From: an uncultured Herminiimonas sp.
GTDB lineage: Bacteria > Pseudomonadota > Gammaproteobacteria > Burkholderiales > Burkholderiaceae_D
Length of the DNA: 64,000 nucleotides
Assembly: GCA_963975775.1 (NCBI GenBank)
Contig: CAXBIF010000001.1
Location: 267,413-331,412, forward strand
Direction of reading: 5' to 3'
Made by a program: the position numbers and the translations under genes. The first letter of the stretch is position 1. Each line of letters starts with the position of its first letter. This document shows positions 44,507 to 55,560 of the stretch, in pieces. The notes beneath the pieces were generated by a model. The model made no database searches. It was not told where the DNA came from and worked only from the letters and a program-made list of their open reading frames with translations.

Positions 44507-45267
44507 CGCTGGCAAAACGCATTATTCCTTGTCTCGATGTGACCGCAGGTCGTGTCGTCAAGGGTGTCAATTTTCTTGCTTTGCGGGATGCCGGTGATCC
44601 GGTGGAAATCGCGCGGCGTTACGATCTGCAAGGCGCAGACGAAATTACTTTTCTCGACATTACCGCGACCTCTGACGATCGCGATCTGATTCTGCCGATT
44701 ATCGAAGAAGTGGCCTCGCAGGTGTTTATTCCACTCACGGTGGGTGGTGGCGTGCGTGCGGTGGCCGACGTGCGGCGTTTGCTAAATGCTGGTGCCGATA
44801 AAGTTGGCATCAATAGTTCGGCGATTAGTAATCCGCAATTGGTGTTCGATGCGGCGCAAAAATATGGTTCGCAATGCATCGTGGTGGCGATAGATGCCAA
44901 AAAAGCCGGCGATGGACGCTGGGAAGTATTTACGCATGGCGGCCGCAAGGCGACGGGGCTGGATGCAGTCGAATGGGCGAAGAAAATGGAAAGCTTGGGT
45001 GCTGGCGAAATCTTGTTGACCAGCATGGATAAGGATGGCACCAAATCAGGTTTTGATTTGGCGCTGACGCGTGCGGTTTCCGATGCCGTCGGGATTCCAG
45101 TAATTGCCTCCGGCGGAGTGGGCGGTTTGCAGGATTTGGCGGATGGCATTAAGCAAGGACGTGCTGATGCCGTGTTGGCGGCGAGCATTTTCCATTTCGG
45201 TCAGCACACGGTGCAAGAAGCAAAACAATTTATGGCCCAACAAGGCATACCGATGAGGCTGGCATGA
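44503..45267 (+). CDS. hisF: Imidazole glycerol phosphate synthase cyclase
   Basis: [25 protein letters not shown]. Confidence 0.98.
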   Translation: MTLAKRIIPCLDVTAGRVVKGVNFLALRDAGDPVEIARRYDLQGADEITFLDITATSDDRDLILPIIEEVASQVFIPLTVGGGVRAVADVRRLLNAGADKVGINSSAISNPQLVFDAAQKYGSQCIVVAIDAKKAGDGRWEVFTHGGRKATGLDAVEWAKKMESLGAGEILLTSMDKDGTKSGFDLALTRAVSDAVGIPVIASGGVGGLQDLADGIKQGRADAVLAASIFHFGQHTVQEAKQFMAQQGIPMRLA

Positions 45268-45695
45268 CGGTGAATAAAACGAACACAACGCATGTGGCGC
45301 ATGCAAAATGGCTGAACAAGGTCAAGTGGGATGAGCAGGGACTGGTGCCGGTAATCGCACAGGAAGTCGGCTCCAACGATGTGCTGATGTTTGCGTGGAT
45401 GAATCGCGAGGCTTTGGAAAAAACCATCATCAATGGCGAAGCAATCTATTGGAGTCGCTCGCGCAAAAAACTGTGGCACAAAGGTGAAGAGTCCGGCCAT
45501 ACGCAAAAAGTGCATGAGGTCAGACTCGATTGCGATGAAGATGTGGTGTTATTAAAAGTCGAGCAGGTCGGTGAAATTGCTTGTCATACCGGTCGTCATT
45601 CTTGTTTCTTCCAGAAATTTGAAGGCGATACAGAAACCGGTGATTGGCTCGCAGTCGATCCGGTTCTGAAAGATCCGGACACGATCTATAAATAA
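45264..45695 (+). CDS. hisI: Phosphoribosyl-AMP cyclohydrolase
   Basis: [24 protein letters not shown]. Confidence 0.97.
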   Translation: MTVNKTNTTHVAHAKWLNKVKWDEQGLVPVIAQEVGSNDVLMFAWMNREALEKTIINGEAIYWSRSRKKLWHKGEESGHTQKVHEVRLDCDEDVVLLKVEQVGEIACHTGRHSCFFQKFEGDTETGDWLAVDPVLKDPDTIYK

Positions 45696-45741
45696 GCATA
45701 ACCCTATGAAGCGAGCATAATCCCGTGAAGGCAAACTCCTA

Positions 45742-46080
45742 ATGAGCGTAACGTTAAAACGTCTGGCCGAGGTGATTGAATCCCGCAAGCCTGCACAAGG
45801 AGGCGACCCCGACAAGTCGTATGTCGCGCGTCTGTTTACCAAGGGCGATGACGCGATCTTGAAAAAAATCGGTGAAGAAGCGACAGAAACCGTGATGGCG
45901 GCCAAAGATGCTCGCACCAGTGGCGACACCTCGAAGGTGCTGTATGAGTGCGCCGATTTGTGGTTTCACTCGTTGGTATTGCTGGCGCAGTTCGATCTCA
46001 AACCGCAAGATGTATTGGATGAACTAATGCGCCGCGAAGGACTGTCAGGATTGGAAGAAAAAGCGAGTCGCAACGAGTAG
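45742..46080 (+). CDS. hisE: Phosphoribosyl-ATP pyrophosphatase
   Basis: [18 protein letters not shown]. Confidence 0.97.
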   Translation: MSVTLKRLAEVIESRKPAQGGDPDKSYVARLFTKGDDAILKKIGEEATETVMAAKDARTSGDTSKVLYECADLWFHSLVLLAQFDLKPQDVLDELMRREGLSGLEEKASRNE

Positions 46081-46192
46081 TTTTCAAATGAAATACGGCG
46101 TAAATGCACTGTAAATAAGCGGTAAGTTCGCCACCAACGTACCGCAAAAATCTCATCGCCGATCAAAAATTGCCTGACCACAGGAGTGTATT

Positions 46193-46564
46193 TTGGATAA
46201 TTGTATTTTTTGTAAAATTGTCGCCAAACAAATTCCAGCCAAGATTGTGTATGAAGATGACGACGTCATCGCTTTTAACGATATCAATCCAGCTGCTGCA
46301 GTACATTTGTTGATCGTACCGAAAAAACATATCGCAACGCTGGCGGATTGCACGCCAGTAGATCAAGCTTTGCTGGGCAAGATGTCACTGCTAGCGCCAC
46401 AACTGGCCGCCGAGCAGGGATGTGCTTATAGCATGGATGCAGAAGGCACTGCACAAGGTGGTTTTAAGACCCTGTTTAATACTGGGCCCAATGGTGGACA
46501 AGAGGTGTATCATTTGCACATGCATGTCGTCGGCGGAACGCGACCATGGAAGCGCTCGATTTGA
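46193..46564 (+). CDS. Histidine triad (HIT) nucleotide-binding protein
   Basis: CIFCKI and HLHMHVVGG; TTG start behind a CAGGAG RBS. Confidence 0.93.
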   Translation: MDNCIFCKIVAKQIPAKIVYEDDDVIAFNDINPAAAVHLLIVPKKHIATLADCTPVDQALLGKMSLLAPQLAAEQGCAYSMDAEGTAQGGFKTLFNTGPNGGQEVYHLHMHVVGGTRPWKRSI

Positions 46565-46620
46565 GTGTGTTGATTTAATTTACAGTAAACGTCGACGAAT
46601 ACCTTCTCGAGGAGAAAATC

Positions 46621-46854
46621 ATGGGTTCTTTCAGTATTTGGCATTGGTTAATTGTGTTGGTCGTCGTGATGCTCGTTTTTGGCACAAAGAAAATAGGCAA
46701 TATGGGCTCAGATCTTGGTAAGGCAGTGCGCGGCTTCAAAGATGGCATAAAAGATGCGGAAGAGAAGCCGGCTGCCACGAAAGAGGCGCCACCTTCTCAA
46801 GTCGCTGATAAGTCCACAGTGGATGTTGAGGTCAAGGAAAAATCAAATAGTTAA
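46621..46854 (+). CDS. tatA: Tat translocase subunit
   Basis: [13 protein letters not shown]...FGTKK...GFK. Confidence 0.97.
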   Translation: MGSFSIWHWLIVLVVVMLVFGTKKIGNMGSDLGKAVRGFKDGIKDAEEKPAATKEAPPSQVADKSTVDVEVKEKSNS

Positions 46855-46925
46855 CCAATCATGGTGGCATTTTGTTGCGATTTGCCGCGCATGAAAACTG
46901 GATGGCTGACCAATAGTCAACACGC

Positions 46926-47423
46926 ATGATTGATATTCCATTTTCCAAGCTGGCCATTATCGGCGCAGCGGCTCTGATATTTATTGGGCCAGAGAAATTG
47001 CCAACGGTTGCCCGGATGGCGGGGAATCTCTTGGGGCGTGCCCAGCGCTATTTAAAAGATATCAAAGCGGAAGTTAATCGCGAGATGGAGTTGGACGAGT
47101 TGCGTAAGATGCATCGCGATATTCGTGATGCTGCCGAGAATGCTCAGCAAACATTTTCGCGCAGTACCGCTGAAACAGAGCGTGATATCCGTTCGGCGTG
47201 GCGCGGAGACGAGTTGGCAACCGACGACATGATGCAAGCGTCGATGTCCGATCAAACGCTGATTAAATCCAAGAACTTCCGTAAGAAAAAACTGGCGCGT
47301 ACATCCGCCTTGCCGACTTGGTATAAAAATCAACATGGCTATCGAGCTCACGTTGTTTCTGGCGCCGCGCGCATGGCGCGCCATCGTCCCAGCACTCGTA
47401 AAACACCCTCCTTCTTCGGCTGA
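46926..47423 (+). CDS. tatB: Tat translocase subunit
   Basis: IFIGPEKLP; between tatA and tatC. Confidence 0.93.
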   Translation: MIDIPFSKLAIIGAAALIFIGPEKLPTVARMAGNLLGRAQRYLKDIKAEVNREMELDELRKMHRDIRDAAENAQQTFSRSTAETERDIRSAWRGDELATDDMMQASMSDQTLIKSKNFRKKKLARTSALPTWYKNQHGYRAHVVSGAARMARHRPSTRKTPSFFG

Positions 47424-47498
47424 GTATGCTCACGCGATGTATACGTCTTTCCAGGTGTTTGCCGATCAGTCTGCCGCTGTCTTTAATCGCTGCACATC

Positions 47499-48263
47499 AT
47501 GACTGAAGAAAATAAAATGCTCGGAAATGAAGACTCTTTCATCTCGCATCTGATTGAGTTGCGCAGTCGATTGATGAAAGCTGCGCTCGTCGTGATCGTG
47601 CTTTTTCTTTGCCTGATGCCGTGGGCTGGACAGATCTATGATTATCTCGCGCTTCCAATGATGGTGGCGCTGCCCCAAGGTAGCAAAATGATTGCTACTG
47701 GCGTGATTACACCGTTCTTGGTGCCGGTTAAAGTAACCATGTTGGTTGCCTTTATGATTGCGTTACCTTGGGTTTTGTACCAGATGTGGGCGTTTATCGC
47801 GCCCGGCTTGTACACGCATGAGAAAAAACTGGTTGCGCCACTGGTGATTTCTTCGTCCGTGTTATTTTTGCTGGGTGTGGCGTTTTGTTACTTCTTGGTG
47901 TTTGGCGTTATTTTTCATTTCATCAATAATTTTGCACCTAAATCAATTTCGGTTGCGCCGGATATTGACAGTTATTTTGGCTTTGTGATGACGATGTTTA
48001 TTGCCTTTGGATTGACATTCGAAGTACCGATTGTCGTGATTGTGCTGGTCAGGATGGGTCTAGTTTCGGTCGAGAAATTACGCAAGATTCGCCCTTACGT
48101 CATTGTCGGTGCATTTGTGGTGGCGGCTGTGGTGACGCCGCCGGACGCCTTGAGTCAACTGATGTTGGCGATACCGCTTTGTTTGTTGTATGAGGTTGGT
48201 TTGCTGGTGGCGCCGATTTTTGCCAAAGTGACGCGGGCCCCAGTTGAATCAGAATCAGCCTAA
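47499..48263 (+). CDS. tatC: Tat translocase subunit
   Basis: HLIELRSRL, APGLYTHE, FEVP, TPPD. Confidence 0.98.
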   Translation: MTEENKMLGNEDSFISHLIELRSRLMKAALVVIVLFLCLMPWAGQIYDYLALPMMVALPQGSKMIATGVITPFLVPVKVTMLVAFMIALPWVLYQMWAFIAPGLYTHEKKLVAPLVISSSVLFLLGVAFCYFLVFGVIFHFINNFAPKSISVAPDIDSYFGFVMTMFIAFGLTFEVPIVVIVLVRMGLVSVEKLRKIRPYVIVGAFVVAAVVTPPDALSQLMLAIPLCLLYEVGLLVAPIFAKVTRAPVESESA

Positions 48264-48292
48264 ATGGCAGGGCGAATTATTTTAGTTGGCTT

Positions 48293-48961
48293 TTATTCTG
48301 CATTACGCAACCAAGTGACAAGAGGATAGGCATCCTTGAAGCCAGTCACGAGGGTTTGTTCCAACTTGCTGGCAACCTGCATTACATCGACTTCGTGCCA
48401 GACGATAAAGCTCTTTAGCTTAATGTATTCAATCAGCGGTGCATCGCCATCGAACCCCTTTGGCGGTCGCGTCAATTTCCCTTCTTGTTGCAAATCGCCA
48501 TAGGTCTGTTTTAGTCGTTTGCTTTTCAGCGTGCGGGTAAATCCAGTGGGATCGTTGAGCAGATGCTGTCGAATTGCACGCAGTCTATCTGGCGGGGGTA
48601 TGTATTCACCGACGGCAAACAGCAAGGTGCCGGTTTCATCGATATGAAAGTAATAGGTCGGCCCACCACCTTGGCTGGGTTTCTTCAAATTATTGGCATT
48701 GATGGCGGCCGAAAAATGCGTCTTGTATGGAATTTTCTCGCGCGAAAATCGCATGTCTCGGTTAATGCGAAACAGCGATTTTTTCGCATTGCAGTCGGCA
48801 ACGGCGGGATCAAATTTACTGATTTCCCTGATTAGCTTGATCACCAGCTCCAGCAATTCAGAGCGCAAAATATCGTAGCGCGGCTTGTTCATGACAAACC
48901 ACGCACGATTATTGTTGTCTGCCAGTTCGGCCAAAAATTGGGTTAGATCACGTACATGCAT
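48293..48961 (-). CDS. DUF2461 family protein
   Basis: NNNRAWF, FRINRDMRFS, PYKTHF, PKGFD. Confidence 0.88.
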   Translation of the reverse strand: MHVRDLTQFLAELADNNNRAWFVMNKPRYDILRSELLELVIKLIREISKFDPAVADCNAKKSLFRINRDMRFSREKIPYKTHFSAAINANNLKKPSQGGGPTYYFHIDETGTLLFAVGEYIPPPDRLRAIRQHLLNDPTGFTRTLKSKRLKQTYGDLQQEGKLTRPPKGFDGDAPLIEYIKLKSFIVWHEVDVMQVASKLEQTLVTGFKDAYPLVTWLRNAE

Positions 48962-48970
48962 GATGGCAGC

Positions 48971-50149
48971 CTATTCTAGGCTAGGGCGTGGCGCCGCTTT
49001 AGGACGTTTGTCTATAGTGATGAACAGAGCGATTTCCCGGTTCTGGCGTAACACGACGATGCGGACCTTTTTGCCGGGCGCGAGCTGCGAAATCTGATTC
49101 AACATGCTCGACATATCCGACACTTTTTTGTCGTCAACCGAAATCATGATATCGCCAGGGCGCATACCTGCCTTATCCGCAGGACCACCCTTCAACACGC
49201 CGGCAATAATGGCGCCAGTACTCTTTTTAAGACCAAAACTTTCTGCTAATTCGGGCGTGATATCTTGTGGCTCGACACCAATATAGCCACGTACCACTTG
49301 GCCATTTTTGATAATCGCTTCCATCACAGATTTTACGGTGGTCACGGGAATGGCAAAGCCGATTCCCAGCGAGCCACCGTTACGCGAATAGATAGCGGTA
49401 TTGATGCCGAGCAGGTTGCCATCGGCATCGATCAATGCCCCTCCCGAATTGCCTGGATTAATCGCGGCGTCGGTCTGGATGAAGTTTTCAAAGGCATCGA
49501 GGATGCCTAAGTGATTACGCCCCAGCGCCGAAATGATCCCCATCGTGACAGTTTGACCAACCCCGAATGGATTGCCGATGGCGAGCACCACATCGCCGAC
49601 ACGCGCTTGTTCAACATGTCCGAGAGTGATTGCAGGTAGATTGTCGAGATCGATTTTGATTACGGCGAGGTCGGTCTCGGAATCGGAGCCAACGACTTTG
49701 GCAATTGCTGTGCGGCCATCGGCGAGTGCCACTTCGATCTCATCGGCCGATTCAACCACATGGTTATTTGTCAGAATGTAGCCTTGCGAGCTAACAATTA
49801 CGCCGGACCCCAAGCTGACTTGTTTGTCTTGCTGATCATCAAAGCGATCACCAAAGAATTTCCGGAAGAACGGATCATCCATAAACGGATTTTGCTGACG
49901 TGTCGCCGCCTTGCTGGTGAAAATATTGACCACCGACGGCATCGCTCGCGCCGCCGCATGGCGATAAGATCCTTGTGATGGGACGTTATTCGACGGCGCC
50001 TCCAACATTGGGATGGCGGTGTTATTCAGAACCTTGTGCTTGTCGCCAAGGCTGCCATTTGCCCACTCGGGCTTCAAGGTCGTTACAATAAAAAGAATTG
50101 CCAAGCCAACTGTTACGGCTTGCGCGAACAACAACCAAAGACGTCGCAT
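48971..50149 (-). CDS. HtrA/DegQ-family serine protease with one PDZ domain
   Basis: TNNHVV, DLAV, QTDAAINPGNSGG; start placed at ATG 50149. Confidence 0.95.
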   Translation of the reverse strand: MRRLWLLFAQAVTVGLAILFIVTTLKPEWANGSLGDKHKVLNNTAIPMLEAPSNNVPSQGSYRHAAARAMPSVVNIFTSKAATRQQNPFMDDPFFRKFFGDRFDDQQDKQVSLGSGVIVSSQGYILTNNHVVESADEIEVALADGRTAIAKVVGSDSETDLAVIKIDLDNLPAITLGHVEQARVGDVVLAIGNPFGVGQTVTMGIISALGRNHLGILDAFENFIQTDAAINPGNSGGALIDADGNLLGINTAIYSRNGGSLGIGFAIPVTTVKSVMEAIIKNGQVVRGYIGVEPQDITPELAESFGLKKSTGAIIAGVLKGGPADKAGMRPGDIMISVDDKKVSDMSSMLNQISQLAPGKKVRIVVLRQNREIALFITIDKRPKAAPRPSLE

Positions 50150-50172
50150 AAGAATAGAGAATGAGATAGAAG

Positions 50173-50949
50173 ATGAGTCAAAAAACGGGTCAAAACAAAA
50201 TAACGAGGGTTGCGCTTGCCGCATACCTAGCGGAGAAGCTCGATATTACTCGCTTTAGAGATTTTTGCCCAAATGGTCTGCAGGTAGAGGGGCGAGCGCA
50301 AATTGGTACGATCGTCAGTGGCGTGACCGCAAACCTTGCTTTGCTGCAGGCAGCGATAGCTTGCGAGGCGGATGCAATTTTGGTTCATCACGGTTACTTT
50401 TGGCGTGGCGAGGATCAGCGCGTGGTTGGGCAAAAATATGCGCGACTCAAGTTGTTGCTTGGTCATGATGTCAATTTGTTTGCCTATCATTTGCCGCTTG
50501 ATATGCATGCTGAGTTTGGCAATAACGCCCAACTTGCACAACGACTTGGCTTGCAGGCTGAGTCGCGATTTGGCGAAGATGATTTAGGATGGTTGGGATC
50601 GGCTGATTCAAGTATCCGCACCCTGGCAGATCTCGCGCACCAAGTCGAAAAGCGTTTAGGTCGTCAGCCTTTGGTGATCGGTGATCCGTCACAGAAACTA
50701 GGCCGCATAGGATGGTGTACCGGTGCTGCGCAAAGCCTGTTGGCAGACGCAATTGCAGCTGGTGCTAGCGCTTATATTAGTGGTGAAATTTCCGAGCCTA
50801 CCGTGCATTTGGCGCGTGAGAGCGGCGTTGCTTATTTGTCCTGCGGCCACCACGCCACCGAACGTTATGGCGTGCAAGCATTGGGCGAACATCTGGCGGC
50901 GCACTTCGGCATCACGCATCGTTTTATCGACATCGACAACCCGGTTTAG
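50173..50949 (+). CDS. Nif3-like dinuclear metal centre protein
   Basis: [30 protein letters not shown]. Confidence 0.94.
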   Translation: MSQKTGQNKITRVALAAYLAEKLDITRFRDFCPNGLQVEGRAQIGTIVSGVTANLALLQAAIACEADAILVHHGYFWRGEDQRVVGQKYARLKLLLGHDVNLFAYHLPLDMHAEFGNNAQLAQRLGLQAESRFGEDDLGWLGSADSSIRTLADLAHQVEKRLGRQPLVIGDPSQKLGRIGWCTGAAQSLLADAIAAGASAYISGEISEPTVHLARESGVAYLSCGHHATERYGVQALGEHLAAHFGITHRFIDIDNPV

Positions 50950-51173
50950 CCGCTCAGGCGCTACCAAGGATGCCAAATAACTCACACTGCCACCGGGACA
51001 GATGTCAACAACCAAAATCCGACAACGACGACAGATCGGTCTAGTTATTTTGTACTTTGCTATGGTATAAATGCAGACAATCAGGCCATAGGGCACTGAT
51101 CGGGCGCGCAAACCAAATAAAAATACGTAAAAAAAAAGATGTAAAAAATACGTAATAAAAATACGGAGCACTC

Positions 51174-51905
51174 ATGACGCAACAGTTGTCGAATACCCCG
51201 ATTAAGGTGTTGATCGTTGAAGACAATGCGGTAACACAACGCGCGCTGTGCCTATCCATCGAGAAAGAGCCTGCGCTAGTTGTGCTGGACGCATTGGCTA
51301 GCGTACAAGCTGCAATGACTTGGCTGGCTGATCACGCGGTTGATATTCTGCTGGTGGATTTGGGTTTGCCGGACGGCTCAGGTATCGACGTCATCAAATA
51401 TTGCACGCAGCACCATCCCAATTGCAACATCATGGTACTGACGACCTCTAGTGATCAAGATAGTATTTTGGATAGTATCGAGGCAGGTGCTGCCGGCTAT
51501 ATTTTGAAAGATATGGGAGCGCCAGATATAACGCGAGCGCTACTAGATCTCCATGCTGGTGGCTCACCCATCAGTCCGACCATTGCGCGTAAAGTGATTA
51601 CCCGTATGCGTTCTAGCAAGCCGAATATGGGTGCGATTGGCAACCCAGACGAAGCGCACAATCAAGCGCGTATATTTTTAACCAAACGCGAAACTTCGAT
51701 TTTAGATTTGATCGCCTGTGGCGATAGCTATAGTTCAGTAGCGCGTCAGCTTTCAGTGTCGGTCGGCACGGTGCAGACGCACATTAAAAATATTTATGAA
51801 AAATTGTCCGTGCATTCGCGTGGCGAAGCAGTGTTTGTTGCTAGTCAGCGTGGTTTGCTGCAAATGGACCAATTGGCATCAAGAAACAGTGCAGAACAAA
51901 TATAA
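51174..51905 (+). CDS. Orphan NarL/FixJ-family response regulator
   Basis: LIVEDN, VDLGLPDGSG, LuxR-type HTH LTKRE...TVQTHIKNIYEKL. Confidence 0.92.
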   Translation: MTQQLSNTPIKVLIVEDNAVTQRALCLSIEKEPALVVLDALASVQAAMTWLADHAVDILLVDLGLPDGSGIDVIKYCTQHHPNCNIMVLTTSSDQDSILDSIEAGAAGYILKDMGAPDITRALLDLHAGGSPISPTIARKVITRMRSSKPNMGAIGNPDEAHNQARIFLTKRETSILDLIACGDSYSSVARQLSVSVGTVQTHIKNIYEKLSVHSRGEAVFVASQRGLLQMDQLASRNSAEQI

Positions 51906-51944
51906 AAATGGCGTGCATTGCCAAGGGCGGTGCGCGCCATTTTT
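51904..51944. terminator. Bidirectional terminator (regulator / mscL)
   Basis: AAAAATGGCGTGCA...TGCGCGCCATTTTT. Confidence 0.75.
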
Positions 51945-51954
51945 ATGATGCAAC

Positions 51955-52368
51955 TTACTTTTTAAGTGCGTCGCGAATTTCACGTAGCAACACGATGTCT
52001 TCCGGTGTGGCGGCGGGTGCTGGTGGCGGTTCTTGTTTTTTAAGTTTGTTTAAGATGCGCACCATTTGAAAAATAATAAAGGCGAGGATCAGGAAGTTCA
52101 GTGCAATTGTGAGGAAGTGTCCGTAGGCGAGAACAGCGCCAGCTTTTTGTGCTTCGGCTAGTGTGAGATTGGCGGCCTGGTTGTTGAGTGGGATGTAATA
52201 GTTGTCGAAATCGAGCCCGCCGAAAATGAGGCTGACCACCGGCATGATGACATCGCCTACGAGTGATGTGACGATTTTGCCGAATGCGCCGCCAATGATG
52301 ACTGCAACAGCCAGATCGATCACATTGCCTTTGACTGCGAAAGCTTTAAATTCTTGCATCATGCTCAT
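51955..52368 (-). CDS. mscL: Large-conductance mechanosensitive channel
   Basis: [35 protein letters not shown]. Confidence 0.98.
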   Translation of the reverse strand: MSMMQEFKAFAVKGNVIDLAVAVIIGGAFGKIVTSLVGDVIMPVVSLIFGGLDFDNYYIPLNNQAANLTLAEAQKAGAVLAYGHFLTIALNFLILAFIIFQMVRILNKLKKQEPPPAPAATPEDIVLLREIRDALKK

Positions 52369-52675
52369 GATGGGCTCCTGTTTTCTTGGTGAGTAGTTCT
52401 GGTTTGTATAAATGCAACACAGCGCGTCATCTTAGTTTTGTCGATGTTAAACGTCAATTCAAAATGCCAAAGCGGCGCAGTTGGTGCGTGCGGGGTGGTG
52501 ACGAGGGGCTAAAAAGGTAGCAAGGGAAGTGCACAGATTTTGTAAAAATAGCATTGAGCGCAATTATTTGTTTAAAAAACAGAGAGTTGCTCCGCTATAA
52601 TCTAAGGTTGCTAGAAGTTTTTTTACCGTTTTGAAGTTTTTTTTACCGTTTTCGCAATAACTGATTGGGGTTGGT

Positions 52676-53284
52676 ATGAGTAATGGAAAGCAGGTTGACT
52701 CCGGTCGACGCGGCTTGCTCGTCGCCACATGTGCGGCGGGTGGCGTGGCTGGTTTAGCTACTACAGGTGTTCTGGTTTCAACATTTCAGCCATCGGATCG
52801 GGCTAAAGCCGCCGGTGCGCCTGTTGAGGTTGATATTTCGACGTTGGCGCCGGGTGAAATGCGAACGGTAGAATGGCGCGGTAAGCCGGTATGGATACTC
52901 AAGCGTACGCCTGAGATGCTCGATTCGCTAAAAGAGGTCGATCCGGAATTGGCCGATCCCGAGTCCCAACGCACCCAATTTTCCACTACACCGGAATATG
53001 CATCTAACGAGTGGCGTTCCATTAAAAAGGACGTGCTGGTGCTGGTCGGCATTTGTCCGCACTTAGGTTGCTCTCCGATTTCCAAGTTTGCTACTGGCGC
53101 TCAACCTTCGTTGCCGAATGATTGGCAAGGCGGTTTTCTTTGCCCTTGTCATGGCTCCACCTTCGATTTGGCTGGTCGTGTCTACAAGAACAAACCATCG
53201 CCCGATAATCTAGAGGTTCCCCGTTACATGTTTGAAGGCGACACCAAGCTGGTGATCGGCAAAGATGAGAAAGGCGAGGCGTAA
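52676..53284 (+). CDS. petA: Cytochrome bc1 Rieske Fe-S subunit
   Basis: Tat RRGLL, CPHLGC, CPCHGS. Confidence 0.98.
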   Translation: MSNGKQVDSGRRGLLVATCAAGGVAGLATTGVLVSTFQPSDRAKAAGAPVEVDISTLAPGEMRTVEWRGKPVWILKRTPEMLDSLKEVDPELADPESQRTQFSTTPEYASNEWRSIKKDVLVLVGICPHLGCSPISKFATGAQPSLPNDWQGGFLCPCHGSTFDLAGRVYKNKPSPDNLEVPRYMFEGDTKLVIGKDEKGEA

Positions 53285-53286
53285 TC

Positions 53287-54690
53287 ATGGCTTTTCACGA
53301 AAACAAACTGCCTGCTGATGCACCTGTTGCCGACAAGGCGCTGAATTGGGTGGATGCACGTTTCCCGTTGTCGTCTACGTGGAAAGCGCATCTGTCCGAG
53401 TATTACGCACCTAAGAATTTCAATTTTTTATATGTGTTTGGTTCGCTTGCACTCCTAGTGTTAGTCATCCAGATCGTGACCGGCATTTTTCTGGTCATGC
53501 ACTACAAACCGGATGCTGCCCTCGCATTTGCTTCGGTGGAATACATCATGCGCGATGTGCCGTGGGGTTGGTTGGTTCGTTATATGCACTCGACCGGCGC
53601 GTCGGCTTTCTTCATCGTTGTCTATATTCATATGTTGCGTGGCCTGTTGTACGGTTCGTATCGCAAGCCGCGTGAATTGGTCTGGCTGTTTGGCGTTGGT
53701 ATCTTCTTGTGTCTGATGGCAGAAGCATTCTTTGGTTATTTGCTGCCATGGGGACAGATGTCGTATTGGGGCGCACAGGTGATTGTCAATCTGTTCGGCG
53801 CAATCCCTTTCATCGGCCCCGATCTGTCATTGTGGATACGTGGTGATTACGTGGTGTCGGATGCGACGCTGAACCGCTTCTTTGCGTTTCACGTGATTGC
53901 GATTCCGTTGATCTTGATCGGCTTGGTGGTAGCGCACATCGTGGCTCTGCACGAAGTGGGTTCAAGCAATCCAGATGGCGTGGAAATCAAGGAAAAGCTG
54001 GATGAACGTGGTATTCCGCTGGACGGCATTCCATTCCATCCGTACTACTCGGTGCACGATCTGTTTGTGGTGACGATTTTCTTGCTGCTGTTTACTGCAG
54101 TGGTGTTCTTCGCACCGGAGATGGGTGGTTACTTCCTTGAGTACAACAACTTTGTCCCAGCTGACCCGCTAAAAACACCGGCGCATATCGCCCCAGTATG
54201 GTATTTCACGCCGTTCTATTCAATTCTGCGTGCGGTCACCTCTGAGTTTGTTTATTGGTTGATTGCAGGTGTGGCGGCCTACGTTGCGCTGATCATTCTG
54301 AAAACGCGGTTGGCGAGCAAGTTCAAGATCGCTGCGGCTGTCATCGGACTGGCGGTGATTGTCGGTATGTTGGCGTTTGATGCAAAATTCTGGGGCGTGG
54401 TGTTGATGGGTGTGTCCGTCATGATCATGTTCGGTTTGCCGTGGCTGGATACATCGCCGGTTAAATCGATACGTTATCGTCCTGACTGGCACAAGTATGT
54501 GTACATCTTGTTCGGGGTTACGTTTATTGTCTTAGGCTATCTTGGCGTACAACCGCCAACTGCTGTGAAAACGACGATAGCGCAAGTATGTACCTTCGTT
54601 TATTTCGGATTTTTCCTGCTGATGCCATGGTGGTGTGCGCTTGGTACATTCAAGCCCGTACCTGACCGCGTAACATTTCATCCGCATTAA
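53287..54690 (+). CDS. petB: Cytochrome b
   Basis: RYMHSTGAS, PWGQMSYWGA, PVWYF. Confidence 0.98.
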   Translation: MAFHENKLPADAPVADKALNWVDARFPLSSTWKAHLSEYYAPKNFNFLYVFGSLALLVLVIQIVTGIFLVMHYKPDAALAFASVEYIMRDVPWGWLVRYMHSTGASAFFIVVYIHMLRGLLYGSYRKPRELVWLFGVGIFLCLMAEAFFGYLLPWGQMSYWGAQVIVNLFGAIPFIGPDLSLWIRGDYVVSDATLNRFFAFHVIAIPLILIGLVVAHIVALHEVGSSNPDGVEIKEKLDERGIPLDGIPFHPYYSVHDLFVVTIFLLLFTAVVFFAPEMGGYFLEYNNFVPADPLKTPAHIAPVWYFTPFYSILRAVTSEFVYWLIAGVAAYVALIILKTRLASKFKIAAAVIGLAVIVGMLAFDAKFWGVVLMGVSVMIMFGLPWLDTSPVKSIRYRPDWHKYVYILFGVTFIVLGYLGVQPPTAVKTTIAQVCTFVYFGFFLLMPWWCALGTFKPVPDRVTFHPH

Positions 54691-54710
54691 GCCGCAAAGG
54701 GATCAAGAAC

Positions 54711-55475
54711 ATGATATTTCTGAAAAAAATGATTGCGCTTGCAGTGTTGTTGCCTAGTTTTGCGCTGGCGGCCGGCGGAGGGTACCCTCTCGACAAGGCA
54801 CCAAATCACGCACAAGATTTGGCTGCTTTGCAAAATGGCGCAAAACTGTTCGTCAATTACTGTCTAAATTGCCACTCAGCCTCGTTAATGCGCTATAGCA
54901 AACTGGAAGAACTCGGTTTGACCAAAGAGCAGATCCAGAAAAATTTGATGTTTACTGCCGATAAAGTGGGCGGCATGATGGACATTGCGATGACGCCAAA
55001 AGACGCGAAGGATTGGTTCGGCGCGGCGCCACCTGATTTATCGGTGATTGTGCGCGCCAAATCTTCTGCGGACGGCACAGGGGCAGACTGGATTTATACC
55101 TATCTGCGCACCTTCTATAAGGATGACAACCGGCCAAACGGCTGGAATAATATGGTCTTCCCGAATGTCGGCATGCCCCATGCACTGTGGGAGTTACAGG
55201 GGATCCGCCAAGCGAAATACGTAGAAGAGAAAGATGCGCACCACCCTGACGCGACGGTGCATAAGTTCGTCGGTTTCGAGCAAGTAACACCAGGCAAGAT
55301 GACTGCGTTAGAATATGACAAAAATGTCGCTGATCTGGTGTCTTTCATGTCCTGGATGGCGGAACCCGCACAAGATACCCGTAAACGCCTCGGCGTCTGG
55401 GTGTTGTTGTTCCTAGGTGCATTCATTGTAATCACCTGGCGCTTGAATGCCTCTTACTGGAAAGAGATCAAGTAA
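54711..55475 (+). CDS. petC: Cytochrome c1
   Basis: CLNCH haem motif, PPDLS, C-terminal anchor. Confidence 0.97.
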   Translation: MIFLKKMIALAVLLPSFALAAGGGYPLDKAPNHAQDLAALQNGAKLFVNYCLNCHSASLMRYSKLEELGLTKEQIQKNLMFTADKVGGMMDIAMTPKDAKDWFGAAPPDLSVIVRAKSSADGTGADWIYTYLRTFYKDDNRPNGWNNMVFPNVGMPHALWELQGIRQAKYVEEKDAHHPDATVHKFVGFEQVTPGKMTALEYDKNVADLVSFMSWMAEPAQDTRKRLGVWVLLFLGAFIVITWRLNASYWKEIK

Positions 55476-55509
55476 ATTTCTTGCCCTGCGTGTTGTGGGG
55501 TTTTGTTCT

Positions 55510-55543
55510 AGGGTGAGCCGTTATGCGACTCACCCTCTTTGTT
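55510..55543 (+). terminator. Hairpin with T-rich tail between petC and sspA
   Basis: AGGGTGAG...CTCACCCT followed by CTTTGTTT. Confidence 0.5.
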
Positions 55544-55560
55544 TCTAAGGAACAATAAAA

